Of a DNA stretch of 64,000 bases, positions 9,718-18,819 are shown one piece after another. The DNA is from Vicinamibacterales bacterium (lineage in GTDB: Bacteria; Acidobacteriota; Vicinamibacteria; Vicinamibacterales; UBA2999): positions 2,134 to 66,133 of the forward strand of contig DATJEU010000071.1 in the NCBI GenBank assembly GCA_035496255.1. Direction: 5' to 3'. A model generated the notes under the pieces. That model was not told where the DNA came from, did not search any database, and worked only from the letters and a program-made list of their open reading frames with translations. How positions within the stretch are numbered: the first letter of the stretch is position 1; each line of letters opens with the position of its first letter. A program made the position numbers and the translations under genes.

Positions 9718-9722
9718 CGACG

Positions 9723-10772
9723 TTACGCGACGAGGTCGTTGGCGGCGGCGCCGGCCGCCAGCATCTCATAGATGCGGACGTGATCGAGCGCCATCCGTCG
9801 CACGCTGAACCGGCGCTCGAACGTCTGCCGGCAGGTCCACCGATCGATGTCGTCGATCGCCGACACCGCGTCCACCGCCTCGGTGATGCTGTTGACGATG
9901 AACCCCGTGACCCCGGGGTCGATGATCTCGGGGACCGAGCCGCCGTTAAACGCGATGACCGGTGTGCCGCAGGCCAGCGCCTCGATCTGCACGAGACCAA
10001 ACGGCTCGGGCCAGTCGATCGGGAACAACAGCGCGCGGGCGCCGCCAAGGAAGTCGCTCTTGTCGGGCTCGCCGATTTCGCCGACGAACTCCACCAGCGG
10101 ATGATCGAGCAGCGGTCGAATCTCGCGCTCGAAGTAGTCGGCGTCCGCCGGGTCCACCTTCGCGGCGATGCGCAGCGGCCAGCCGGCGGCCGTCGCGATC
10201 CTGATCGCGCGGTCCAGCCGTTTCTCGGGTGACACGCGTCCGAGGAACGCAAGATAGGTCCCGGGCGACGGCTGATAACGCAGGAGATCGGGCGGCAGGC
10301 CGTGGTAGATCGTCCCGATCCATCCGGCGTGCGGCAGCGCCACGCGCTGCGCGTCGGAAATCGAGACAATCGGCAGATCCGAGAACTCCTTGTACAACGC
10401 GACGAGCTCGGGCATGTCGAGCCGGCCGTGCAGCGTCGTCAGGCTCGCCGTCTGCAGCCGGCGCGCGACCGGAAAATGCATGTGTGACACGTGAAAGTGA
10501 ATGAGATCGAATTCGCCGGCGCGGCGGGCCACCTGCTCGATCATCAGGATGTGCTCGGCCAGCGCGTCGCGGCGGCCCCCATCCAGCCGCTGCGCGCGCG
10601 GACAGATCGCCACCAGCCTCGCAGACGTCTTCGAATCGCCGCTCGCGAACAGCGTCACGTCGTGCCCCTGCCGCACCAGCTCCTCGGTGAGAAACGACAC
10701 GACCCGCTCGGTTCCGCCATAGAGCTTCGGCGGAACCCGTTCACACAACGGTGCTACCTGTGCAATGCGCAT
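9723..10772 (-). CDS. Glycosyltransferase family 4
   Basis: Track ORF 9723-12353 trimmed to ATG 10772 (GGAGGCAT upstream). MRIAQVAPLCERVPPKLYGGTERVVSFLTEELVRQGHDVTLFASG...EPFGLVQIEALACGTPVIA (E-x7-E). 5 nt upstream of the GDE gene, a widely conserved GT4+GDE pair. Confidence 0.85.
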   Translation of the reverse strand: MRIAQVAPLCERVPPKLYGGTERVVSFLTEELVRQGHDVTLFASGDSKTSARLVAICPRAQRLDGGRRDALAEHILMIEQVARRAGEFDLIHFHVSHMHFPVARRLQTASLTTLHGRLDMPELVALYKEFSDLPIVSISDAQRVALPHAGWIGTIYHGLPPDLLRYQPSPGTYLAFLGRVSPEKRLDRAIRIATAAGWPLRIAAKVDPADADYFEREIRPLLDHPLVEFVGEIGEPDKSDFLGGARALLFPIDWPEPFGLVQIEALACGTPVIAFNGGSVPEIIDPGVTGFIVNSITEAVDAVSAIDDIDRWTCRQTFERRFSVRRMALDHVRIYEMLAAGAAANDLVA

Positions 10773-10786
10773 ATGCCTCCGCGCCC

Positions 10787-12931
10787 TCATGCCCCCGCGG
10801 GATGTGAGAGCAGTTTGTCGAGTGTGATCGGGAGATCGCGGACGCGAACGCCGGTCGCGTGGAACACGGCGTTGGCCACGGCGGCCGTCACACCCGTAGT
10901 ACCGATCTCGCCGATGCCCTTGACGCCCAGCGGATTCACCTGGGCGTCGTCTTCGTCGACGACGATCACGTCGATGTCGGGAATATCGGCGTTGACCGGA
11001 ACGAGATACTCCGCGAGATCGGCGTTGACATACCGGCCCGTGCGATCGTCGAGCAGCGTGTCCTCGAACAGCGCCATGGCGAGGCCGTAGACGAGGCCGC
11101 CCATCAACTGGCTGCGGGCGGTCTTCGCGTTCAGCACGCGGCCGGCGCCGTACGCCCCGGTCACCCGCCGCACGCGGATCTGACCGACGTCGGGATCCAC
11201 GCCGACCTCGGCAAACACGGCGCCGAACGAATGCATGGAGTAGCGCTCGGTTTCCGGTCCGGGCTGTGCGCTCGCGTCCGCCTCGATCGGACCACCGTTC
11301 TGCGAGACGGCGGTCCGGCATGCATCGAGATCGCTTGGGCGCACGCCTCGCGACTGCAGTCGATCGCGGAGCGCACGCGCCGCGGCATCGATCGCGGGAC
11401 CCGTACTCGCCGCCGTCATCGATCCGGCCGAAATCGGGTTTTCCGGCAACCGGCTGTCGCCGAGGTCGAAGCGAACGCGATCGATCGGCACGTCGAGCGC
11501 GTCGGCGGCAATCTGACTCATGACCGTATAGGTACCGGTCCCCAGTTCGTGCGTGGCCGCCTCGATCGCGATGCTCCCGTCCGGCATCAGCCGCGCCCGC
11601 GCCGAAGCGGGCATCCGGCGGGCCGGGTACGTAGCCGTCGCCATCCCCAGTCCGATCAACTGATCGCCATCGCGCATCGAGCGCGGATGCGGTTTGCGTC
11701 GCGACCAGCCGAACCTGGCGGCTCCCTGCGTGTAACACTGGCGCAGCGACTTGCTCGACCACGGATGCCCGGTCTCGGGGTCCGCCTCCGCGTAGTTCTT
11801 GACTCGCAATTCGATCGGATCGACGTCGAGCCGGTAGGCGAGCTCGTCGAGCGCCGATTCGAGCGCGAACGTGCCGGACGATTCGCCAGGTCCGCGATTG
11901 AACGTCGGCGTCCCCACATGCAGCCGCACCAGGCTCTGCGTCGTCGCGACGCTGGGCACGCCGTAGAGCATGCGCGTCTGCAGCGATGCGCTCTCGACCC
12001 AGTCTTCGAACACCGACGTGCTCGAGGTGACGTTCTGCCGGATCGCGGTGATGGTGCCGTCGCGCCGCGCGCCGATCGCGACGTGCTGCACCGTGTAGGG
12101 GCGCGCGCCGACGAGCCCGAACATCTGGCGCCGTGTCAGCACCAGCTTCACCGGCCGGCCCACCTGCTTCGCCGCCATCGCGGCGAGCACGACGTGCGAC
12201 CACGCCGAACCTTTGGAGCCGAACGCACCGCCGGTGAACTTCGCGATGACGGTCACGTTCTGCTCCGGGATGCCGAACGTCTTCGCGACGAAGCGCCTCA
12301 CGCCGTAGACGTACTGCGTCGAGTCGTAGAGCGTCAGACGATCGCCGTCCCACTGCGCCATGGTCGCGTGCGGCTCCATCGCGTTGTGGGTCTCGATCGG
12401 CGTCGTGTAGGTTTCGTCGATGACCGTCGCCGCCGCGCGCAGCGCCGCGTCAACATCGCCGCGGGTATGCGACGGTTCGATCGTGCCGAGAATCTTCCGC
12501 ACGTACGGCGTCGCCGTCGGCAGGGCCTCCTGCATGTTGATGCGCGGCGGCTCCTCGCGAAACGTCGGTCTCACCAGCGCCGCACCGTGCGACGCCTGCT
12601 CGAACGAATCGGCGATGACCACCCCGATCGGCTCACCGTTGTACCGCACGGTGCGATCCTGCAGCAGCGAGAGTTCACGGCCGGCCGGCGGATTGACGGC
12701 CGCCCGTCCGTTCTGCGGGAGTCGTGGTGCGTTGTCGGCGGTGATGACCAGCCGCACGCCAGGCGCCGCCGCGGCATCCCTCGTATCCACCGCCGCCAGC
12801 GTGCCGTTCGCGATGGTGCTCTGGACGAGCACCGCATAGAGAAGACCGTCGCCCGGCCACTCCGCGGCATAGCGCGCGCCGCCAGTGACCTTGAGGCGGC
12901 CGTCCAGGCGATCGATGGCGTCGCCGATCAT
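10787..12931 (-). CDS. Xanthine dehydrogenase/aldehyde oxidase family, molybdopterin-binding large subunit (PaoC/YagR-like)
   Basis: 714 aa. IDRLDGRLKVTGGARYAAEW start, a/b-hammerhead and MoCo domains. ATGA overlap with the FAD subunit gene. Confidence 0.85.
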   Translation of the reverse strand: MIGDAIDRLDGRLKVTGGARYAAEWPGDGLLYAVLVQSTIANGTLAAVDTRDAAAAPGVRLVITADNAPRLPQNGRAAVNPPAGRELSLLQDRTVRYNGEPIGVVIADSFEQASHGAALVRPTFREEPPRINMQEALPTATPYVRKILGTIEPSHTRGDVDAALRAAATVIDETYTTPIETHNAMEPHATMAQWDGDRLTLYDSTQYVYGVRRFVAKTFGIPEQNVTVIAKFTGGAFGSKGSAWSHVVLAAMAAKQVGRPVKLVLTRRQMFGLVGARPYTVQHVAIGARRDGTITAIRQNVTSSTSVFEDWVESASLQTRMLYGVPSVATTQSLVRLHVGTPTFNRGPGESSGTFALESALDELAYRLDVDPIELRVKNYAEADPETGHPWSSKSLRQCYTQGAARFGWSRRKPHPRSMRDGDQLIGLGMATATYPARRMPASARARLMPDGSIAIEAATHELGTGTYTVMSQIAADALDVPIDRVRFDLGDSRLPENPISAGSMTAASTGPAIDAAARALRDRLQSRGVRPSDLDACRTAVSQNGGPIEADASAQPGPETERYSMHSFGAVFAEVGVDPDVGQIRVRRVTGAYGAGRVLNAKTARSQLMGGLVYGLAMALFEDTLLDDRTGRYVNADLAEYLVPVNADIPDIDVIVVDEDDAQVNPLGVKGIGEIGTTGVTAAVANAVFHATGVRVRDLPITLDKLLSHPAGA

Positions 12932-13914
12932 GCGAGCGCCTCCGCACGCGCGAGCGCCCGCATCAGCGTTCGCTTCGCCAGCTCGATCTTGAATGCGTTG
13001 TGCGTGCGCGGCGCGGCGCCCTCGAGGGCCGCCGCCGCAGCCGCCTGATACGCCGCGGCGCCCGGCCGCGCACCGGCGAGCGTCCGTTCCGCCGCGTGTG
13101 CCCGCCAGGGCCTGGTCCCGACACCGCCGAGGGCAATCCGCGCGTTGCGGATCCTGCCGTCACCGAGATCGAGCGCCACCGCCGCCGATGCCAGCGCGAA
13201 TGCATACGACGCGCGATCGCGCACCTTGACGTACACGGATCGCGTGACGAACGGCAGCGGCGGCAGGTCGACGGCCGTGATCAACTCACCCGGCTCGAGC
13301 GCGGTCTCCACCTCGGGACGATCGCCGGGCAGCAGGTAAAATTCGCCGATCGGAATCGTCCGCGGACCGCGTTCGCCGTTGACGTGAATCACCGCATCGA
13401 GCGCCGTCAGTGGAACGCACATGTCCGAGGCGTGCGCCGCGATGCACTGCGCGCTGGTGCCGAGGATCGCGTGAATCCGGTTGTGGCCGTCGAGCGCCGC
13501 ACAGCCGGAGCCCGGTTCCCGCTTGTTGCACGGCATTGCGGTGTCGCGGAAGTAATAGCAGCGCGTCCGCTGCATCAGGTTGCCGCCGGTGGTCGCCATG
13601 TTGCGGAGTTGCGGCGACGCACCCGCGAGCAGCGCCTGCGACAGGAACGGATAGCGCGAGCGAATCGCCGGATGATTCGCCATGTCGCTGTTGCGCACCA
13701 TCGCACCGACGCGCACGCCTCCGTCCGGCAGCTCCTCGATTGCGGTCAGCGGCAGGGCGTTGATGTCGACGACCACGGAGGGCCGCTCGACATTCAGCTT
13801 CATCAGATCCACCAGCGTCGTCCCGCCGGCGAGAAAGCGTGCGCCGGGTGTCGCGCGCACCGCGCGGCTCGCTGCGTCTTCGTCCGCTGCTGCCTGGAAA
13901 GTGAATGGGAACAT
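12928..13914 (-). CDS. Xanthine dehydrogenase family FAD-binding subunit (PaoB/YagS-like)
   Basis: 328 aa. ARFLAGGTTLVDLMKLNVERP, CO-dehydrogenase flavoprotein-type fold. Confidence 0.85.
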   Translation of the reverse strand: MFPFTFQAAADEDAASRAVRATPGARFLAGGTTLVDLMKLNVERPSVVVDINALPLTAIEELPDGGVRVGAMVRNSDMANHPAIRSRYPFLSQALLAGASPQLRNMATTGGNLMQRTRCYYFRDTAMPCNKREPGSGCAALDGHNRIHAILGTSAQCIAAHASDMCVPLTALDAVIHVNGERGPRTIPIGEFYLLPGDRPEVETALEPGELITAVDLPPLPFVTRSVYVKVRDRASYAFALASAAVALDLGDGRIRNARIALGGVGTRPWRAHAAERTLAGARPGAAAYQAAAAAALEGAAPRTHNAFKIELAKRTLMRALARAEALA

Positions 13915-13929
13915 CGCCTTGTCCGGTGC

Positions 13930-14658
13930 TCAAGACCGTTCGGCGTGCCGGGACCGCTTCGCGGATCTCTGCACTGATCCGATGTCCGCGGATCCCGGGT
14001 GACCCGACCGCGCTGCGGATCCCGACGGGCTGGACCGCCACACGGATCCTGTCCCCCGAACTGACTGGATGGCGTTGACGATGTTCGGATAGGCCCCGCA
14101 GCGGCAGATGTTGCCGCTCATGCACTCACGAACGTCGGCGTCGGCCGGGCCGCACGGCTCGTCGAGCAACGCCACCGCCGACATCACCTGTCCCGGCGTG
14201 CAGTAGCCGCACTGGAAGCCATCGTGATCGATGAAGGCCTGTTGAATCGGGTGAAGCTCGTCGCCACGCGCCAGGCCTTCGATCGTCGTGATCCGCTTGC
14301 CGTTGACGGCGGCGGCCAGCGTCAGGCAGGACAGCACACGTCGCCCGTCGACGTGCACCGTGCAGGCGCCGCACTGGCCGTGGTCGCATCCCTTTTTCGT
14401 ACCGGTCAGGCGCAGCCGCTCTCGCAGCGCGTCGAGAAGCGTGACCCGCGGGTCGATGGTCAGCTCGGTGTGCTCATCGTTGATGGCACACCGAACCCTG
14501 AGTTGGGACTCAGCGGCAGGGCTGTCAGGATCCGCGACGGTACCGGTTGCCGGCGTCGCCGCGTTTTGTGACTCCGGCAACGCGGCCATCGCCAGCGATC
14601 CGCCGACCGTCCTTGTCATGAACTCGCGCCGGCTCAGATCGGACTGACCGCTGACCAT
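13930..14658 (-). CDS. (2Fe-2S)-binding small subunit with Tat signal (PaoA/YagT-like)
   Basis: SRREFMTRTVGGSLAMAAL twin-arginine signal. CDHGQCGACTV and CGYCTPG...CRCGAY cluster motifs. Gene order FeS-FAD-MoCo as in periplasmic aldehyde oxidoreductase. Confidence 0.85.
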   Translation of the reverse strand: MVSGQSDLSRREFMTRTVGGSLAMAALPESQNAATPATGTVADPDSPAAESQLRVRCAINDEHTELTIDPRVTLLDALRERLRLTGTKKGCDHGQCGACTVHVDGRRVLSCLTLAAAVNGKRITTIEGLARGDELHPIQQAFIDHDGFQCGYCTPGQVMSAVALLDEPCGPADADVRECMSGNICRCGAYPNIVNAIQSVRGTGSVWRSSPSGSAARSGHPGSADIGSVQRSAKRSRHAERS

Positions 14659-14766
14659 TTCTCGCAGGACCTTTCGATAGGCGTCTTGTATCGCTGAGAT
14701 CGCGCGAGACGCTGTGGTCCCGTTGGTTGCAACCGAAGTACCGATCTCGGCGGCTGGGCCGGGCGA

Positions 14767-15303
14767 CTACTTGTTCGAGCCCTCGCTGATTTCGAGCCGG
14801 CGTCCGCGCGTCGAGGCTGGCGGCGAGGGCATCGAGATTTCGAGCACGCCGTCGCGGAACGTCGCCCTGGCCTGATCGGCCATGGCACCGCCCGGCAGCG
14901 GGATGACGCGCGAGAAGCTGCCGTATCGACGCTCGCCCTGGTAATAGCCTTCGCGCTTCTCCTCGTGCTCGGATTTCCGCTCGCCCTGAATCGTGACGGC
15001 CTCGTCCGTGATGTCCACGGTAATGTCGTTCTTGTTGAGACCTGGCAGATCCGCCTTGATGAACAACTGATCGCCCTTCTGCATCACGTCGACTTCAGGC
15101 GCCCACATCTCCGCAGCCCAACTGGTCAGGCCGGGCGCGTCGCGCCAGCGGCGGCCGAGGCCGAAGTCGTCGAACATGCGATCCATCTCGTCGGCAAAAC
15201 GTTGCAGCGCGCGAAATGGATAGCTCTCCCACTGTAACGATCGGCCGCGACCGATGCCGTGCTCGTCGCGGACGGGCGTCATCGACGTCTGTCTTTCTGC
15301 CAT
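14767..15303 (-). CDS. Hsp20/alpha-crystallin family small heat-shock protein
   Basis: WAPEVDVMQKGDQLFIKADLPGLNKNDITVDITDEAVTIQGERK...GSFSRVIPLPGGA...ATFRDGVLEISMP. GGAGAA RBS. Confidence 0.9.
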   Translation of the reverse strand: MAERQTSMTPVRDEHGIGRGRSLQWESYPFRALQRFADEMDRMFDDFGLGRRWRDAPGLTSWAAEMWAPEVDVMQKGDQLFIKADLPGLNKNDITVDITDEAVTIQGERKSEHEEKREGYYQGERRYGSFSRVIPLPGGAMADQARATFRDGVLEISMPSPPASTRGRRLEISEGSNK

Positions 15304-15449
15304 ACAGGTTCTCCATCGTGATGTGATGAAAAGCGAGGTGTCCGCCTCGCCGACAGGCGAAAGTGCAAACGCGACGCCGGGACCTGACGGGGAATCGCCA
15401 TTGCAGCGCGAAGGTGAGCGCGCACGCTGCGCGGCGACGAGGAGGAATC

Positions 15450-15671
15450 ATGGCCAACTTGCGGCAGGAGCTCACGGCGGCCCTCCACGGCATCGACTAT
15501 CCGGCCACACGCAACAAGCTGATCACCGTGGCGCTGGAGAACGGCGCCTCCCGGGAAGTGATCGATCGGATCAGTGCGTTTCCGGAGACGGCCGACTTCC
15601 TCAACGAGGCCGCGGTCGAGCGCGCGTTCGGCGTGCATGTGCCCGGTGAGCATCCGCACGGGTGGGAGTAA
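15450..15671 (+). CDS. DUF2795-domain small protein
   Basis: Start moved to ATG 15450 after GGAGGA. LHGIDYPATRNKLITVALENGASREVIDRISAFPE matches DUF2795. Divergent from hsp20. Confidence 0.7.
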   Translation: MANLRQELTAALHGIDYPATRNKLITVALENGASREVIDRISAFPETADFLNEAAVERAFGVHVPGEHPHGWE

Positions 15672-15698
15672 GGAAGCAGCTGTTCACGCTTCCCGGTG

Positions 15699-15877
15699 CT
15701 TGGTTCTCCGTTCGTGTTCGATGTTCGGTTCTTGGTTCGTGTTCACGTTCGGTTCTCGGTTCATGTTCATGTTCACGTTCGGATCGTTAGTCCGTCGTTC
15801 CAATGGATGCCGCGACCGAGCCGGGATCGAACCTGAACACGAACAAGGAACAGAGCACACGGAAGCCCGAACACCAG
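15699..15877. repeat. GTTC-rich degenerate tandem array (15699-15782) facing an inverted GAAC-rich arm (15828-15877); long imperfect hairpin between convergent genes
   Basis: GTTCTTGGTTCGTGTTCACGTTC (15729-15751) matches the reverse complement of 15829-15851 at 20/23 positions. Confidence 0.8.
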
Positions 15878-15878
15878 T

Positions 15879-17306
15879 TCACCGCTCACTCGTCTCCTGC
15901 AGCCTGACGGGCGGCATGTACAAACCGGCGAGCGTGCGCCGCCACCATCGTCCGGTCGCGCGATGTTCTTCGGGCGTCGTGAAGCGGTAGTCGTAGTACG
16001 ACGCGCGAATCCAGCGTGGCGGCGCCTCGGGAAACGGGTTCCATCGCAGCAGCGCGATCGTGTCGCGATCGCCCTGCAACAACTTGACGAGCAGCGACGA
16101 GAACCAGGGATACTGCTGCGGCGATCCCATCGCCGCAAACCACATCAACCAGTCGAGCCGCAGGTGATACGGCGCGATCTGCGATCCGCGTCTCATCGGA
16201 TCGCCAGGCTTACCCTTGAACTCGTACGCCGCCCACTTCGTGGCATCGGTAATCACGGCGTCGGATGTCCCCTCGATCACAATCTCCGGTCGATCGCGGC
16301 CGATGCTGCCGAACGCGCCGTAGGTGTTCACCACATGGATCGGGTTGAACGAATAGTTCATCAACTGCCGCGGCGAGATCATGTTCAGGGCCGGCCGGAT
16401 GCTCAGCACGATGACGACCGCGGCGAGCGTGAGCAGTATTCCCCGGCGCAGCGCGCTGTCAGCGATCAAGTGCGGCTGAAACACTGGCAGCCACGTCCAC
16501 CAGCGATCGTCGAGTGTCGGGATGCACAACACGATCGTGATCCAGTTCAACCAGGACAAATTGCCGCTCGCGATCAGCACGAGCTGAAACGCAATCGTCA
16601 ATACGCCGCCGATGGCGGCGATCGGCTGCGGTGCGAAGTACAAGAACGGAACGCCAAGCTCGACGATGTGGTTGAAGACGACGCCGGTGCGGTGCACCCA
16701 GTGCGGCAGCCAGTGAAAGTACCAGCTCAACGCGTTCGGGATAGGCTGTGTCTCGAAGTAGTAGTCGAGACACGTGAGATCGCGCCAGCACGCATCGCCG
16801 CGAATCTTGATCAGTCCCGCGCCGAACATGACGCGAAACAGCATCCATCGCCAGACCCAATTGAGCACCGTACTCGGCGTCGTCATCCACCCGCCGATGA
16901 ACATCGCGAAGAACCCGGCTTCCAGCAGCAGCGACTCCCAGCCGAAGGCATAAAAGGTCTGGCCGACGTTGACGAACGAGAGATACAACACCCACAGCAC
17001 GCCCCACGCGAGGGCGGAGGTGATTGCACCCGTGCGCTGTGGGAGTCCGCCGATCACGAGCACCGAGACGACGACCCCGAGCCATGCGGCGGCACGAAGG
17101 TCGGAGTCGTGCTTCACGAAGTAGAAGAGACTGGGAGACGAGCGGAACGGGACGATCTGAATGAACCGCGTGAACGGCAGCAGGCCTCGCTCGCCAAGGA
17201 GCGGCACGAACTGGTTGGCCGCGCAGAGAAACGCGACGAGGTAAATCAGACCGAGTGCGCGTTCGAAGACGAACCGCGAGTACCAGTAGCCGGCAGTGTC
17301 AGGCAT
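15879..17306 (-). CDS. Lipase maturation factor (LMF1-like) family membrane protein
   Basis: Start set at ATG 17306: MPDTAGYWYSRFVFERALGLIYLVAFLCAANQFVPLLGERGLLP...polytopic...WIRASYYDYRFTTPEE, a typical family C-terminus. Confidence 0.8.
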   Translation of the reverse strand: MPDTAGYWYSRFVFERALGLIYLVAFLCAANQFVPLLGERGLLPFTRFIQIVPFRSSPSLFYFVKHDSDLRAAAWLGVVVSVLVIGGLPQRTGAITSALAWGVLWVLYLSFVNVGQTFYAFGWESLLLEAGFFAMFIGGWMTTPSTVLNWVWRWMLFRVMFGAGLIKIRGDACWRDLTCLDYYFETQPIPNALSWYFHWLPHWVHRTGVVFNHIVELGVPFLYFAPQPIAAIGGVLTIAFQLVLIASGNLSWLNWITIVLCIPTLDDRWWTWLPVFQPHLIADSALRRGILLTLAAVVIVLSIRPALNMISPRQLMNYSFNPIHVVNTYGAFGSIGRDRPEIVIEGTSDAVITDATKWAAYEFKGKPGDPMRRGSQIAPYHLRLDWLMWFAAMGSPQQYPWFSSLLVKLLQGDRDTIALLRWNPFPEAPPRWIRASYYDYRFTTPEEHRATGRWWRRTLAGLYMPPVRLQETSER

Positions 17307-17336
17307 AAACGGAGCGCAGGATGAGGCAGCCATTCC

Positions 17337-17360
17337 AGGCCGGGTCTGAAGACCGGCCCC
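17337..17360. repeat. REP-like hairpin AGGCCGGGTCTGAAGACCGGCCCC
   Basis: Read directly. Intergenic between the divergent LMF and oxidoreductase genes. Confidence 0.65.
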
Positions 17361-17400
17361 CGCGACACGTCGCCGCAACGGAAGCAATACCGATGCTCGA

Positions 17401-18819
17401 ATGATGCGTGATCCCGATGCCGTCGTGATCGGATCCGGACCGAACGGCCTGGCTGCGGCGATCGTGCTCGCGCAGGCCGGCTGTCGCGTGACCGTCTTCG
17501 AGGCGGCCGACGCGATCGGCGGCGGCTGCCGGTCTGCCGAGCTGACGTTGCCGGGGTTCGTCCACGACGTCTGCTCCGCGATTCACCCCTTTGCGATCGC
17601 GTCGCCGTTTCTGAAGACGCTTCCGCTGGCGCGCTTCGGGCTCGAGTGGATCGAACCGCCAATCATGGTGGCGCATCCGCTCGACTCGGACGACAGTGCC
17701 TGCATTTACCGGTCGCTCGATCGCACCGCCTCGGCGCTCGGCCGGGACGGCGACGCGTACCGGTCGCTGCTCGCACCGCTCGTCGAGGACTGGCCCCGGC
17801 TCGACACGGCCATCCTGGGTCCGCTGCGCTGGCCGCAGCATCCCGTTGCCCTCGCACGCTTCGGACTGCAGGCGCTCTGGCCGGCGCGGCGGATCGCGGA
17901 GCGCGCGTTCGGCGATGCGCCCGCACGGGCGCTCTTCGCCGGCATATCCGCGCACGGCATGCTGCCGCTGGATCGATTGCCGACCGGCGCGATCGGTCTC
18001 GTGCTCACGGTGATGGCGCATGTCGCCGGCTGGCCGCTGCCGAAGGGTGGCGCGCAGCAACTGACGAACGCCATGGCCGCCTACCTCCGCGAACTGGGCG
18101 GCGACATCGTCACGGGAACACCGATCGCTTCGATCGACGAACTGCCGAAGACACGCGCGATCCTGTGCGATCTCTCGCCGCGGCCGCTGCTGCGGATCGC
18201 CGGGCATCGCTTTCCAGCGTGGTACCGGCACGCGCTCGAGCGCTATCGATATGGCATGGGCGTCTACAAAGTGGACTGGGCGCTGGACGCGCCCGTACCG
18301 TGGCGGGATCCCGGCTGCGCGCAGGCTGGCACCGTGCACCTTGGCGGCACGATCGAAGAGATCGCCGCGAGCGAACAGGCGATCTGGAATGGCGAGCATG
18401 CCGAACGACCGTTCGTGCTGCTCGCGCAACCGACGCTGTTCGACCCGTCGCGCGCCCCGGCGGGCAGGCATGTCGTGTGGACGTACTGTCATGTCCCGCA
18501 CGGATCCAACATCGACACGATCGCCGCGATCGAACGGCAGATCGAACGCTTCGCGCCGGGTTTCCGCGACCGGGTGCTCGCCCGCGGCATCATGAGGCCC
18601 GCGGATCTCGAGCGGCGCAACGCGAACTACGTCGGCGGCGACATCGGCGCGGGAGTCACGGACCTGCGACAACTGTTTACGAGACCGACGCGCCACACCT
18701 ACTCAACGCCCGTGCCCGGCCTCTACATCTGCTCCGCGTCCACGCCACCAGGCGTCGGCGTCCACGGCATGTGCGGGTACTTCGCGGCCCGGCGGGCGCT
18801 GCGCGACGTCTTCCGTTGA
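17401..18819 (+). CDS. NAD(P)/FAD-dependent oxidoreductase, phytoene desaturase (CrtI-like) family
   Basis: DAVVIGSGPNGLAAAIVLAQAGCRVTVFEA dinucleotide fold, 472 aa, C-terminal GLYICSASTPPGVGVHGMCG. Confidence 0.85.
   Translation: MMRDPDAVVIGSGPNGLAAAIVLAQAGCRVTVFEAADAIGGGCRSAELTLPGFVHDVCSAIHPFAIASPFLKTLPLARFGLEWIEPPIMVAHPLDSDDSACIYRSLDRTASALGRDGDAYRSLLAPLVEDWPRLDTAILGPLRWPQHPVALARFGLQALWPARRIAERAFGDAPARALFAGISAHGMLPLDRLPTGAIGLVLTVMAHVAGWPLPKGGAQQLTNAMAAYLRELGGDIVTGTPIASIDELPKTRAILCDLSPRPLLRIAGHRFPAWYRHALERYRYGMGVYKVDWALDAPVPWRDPGCAQAGTVHLGGTIEEIAASEQAIWNGEHAERPFVLLAQPTLFDPSRAPAGRHVVWTYCHVPHGSNIDTIAAIERQIERFAPGFRDRVLARGIMRPADLERRNANYVGGDIGAGVTDLRQLFTRPTRHTYSTPVPGLYICSASTPPGVGVHGMCGYFAARRALRDVFR

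Noticed and set aside
10773-12353. N-terminal 526 aa of the 876-aa track ORF 9723-12353
   Set aside because: This part runs through the molybdopterin subunit gene in another frame and is Arg/Asp/Gly junk. The GT4 domain begins exactly at ATG 10772, which has a GGAGG RBS.
10859-13048. 729-aa + strand ORF antisense to the molybdopterin subunit gene
   Set aside because: Extremely Arg-rich low-complexity translation. The minus strand gives a clean xanthine-dehydrogenase-family protein with proper operon junctions.
15304-15449. ROSE-type RNA thermometer or CIRCE/HAIR operator upstream of hsp20
   Set aside because: The leader has a hairpin (GCGAGG-N6-CCTCGC) but no anti-SD stretch pairing with GGAGAA and no TTAGCACTC-N9-GAGTGCTAA dyad. 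Only TTGCACT is present once.
15699-15790. Possible CRISPR array or coding low-complexity (FVFTFGSRFMFMFTFG) in the GTTC-rich repeats
   Set aside because: The repeat units are only 4-10 nt, with no unique spacers and no cas genes nearby. The peptide is a by-product of the repeat. Treated as a tandem/inverted repeat instead.
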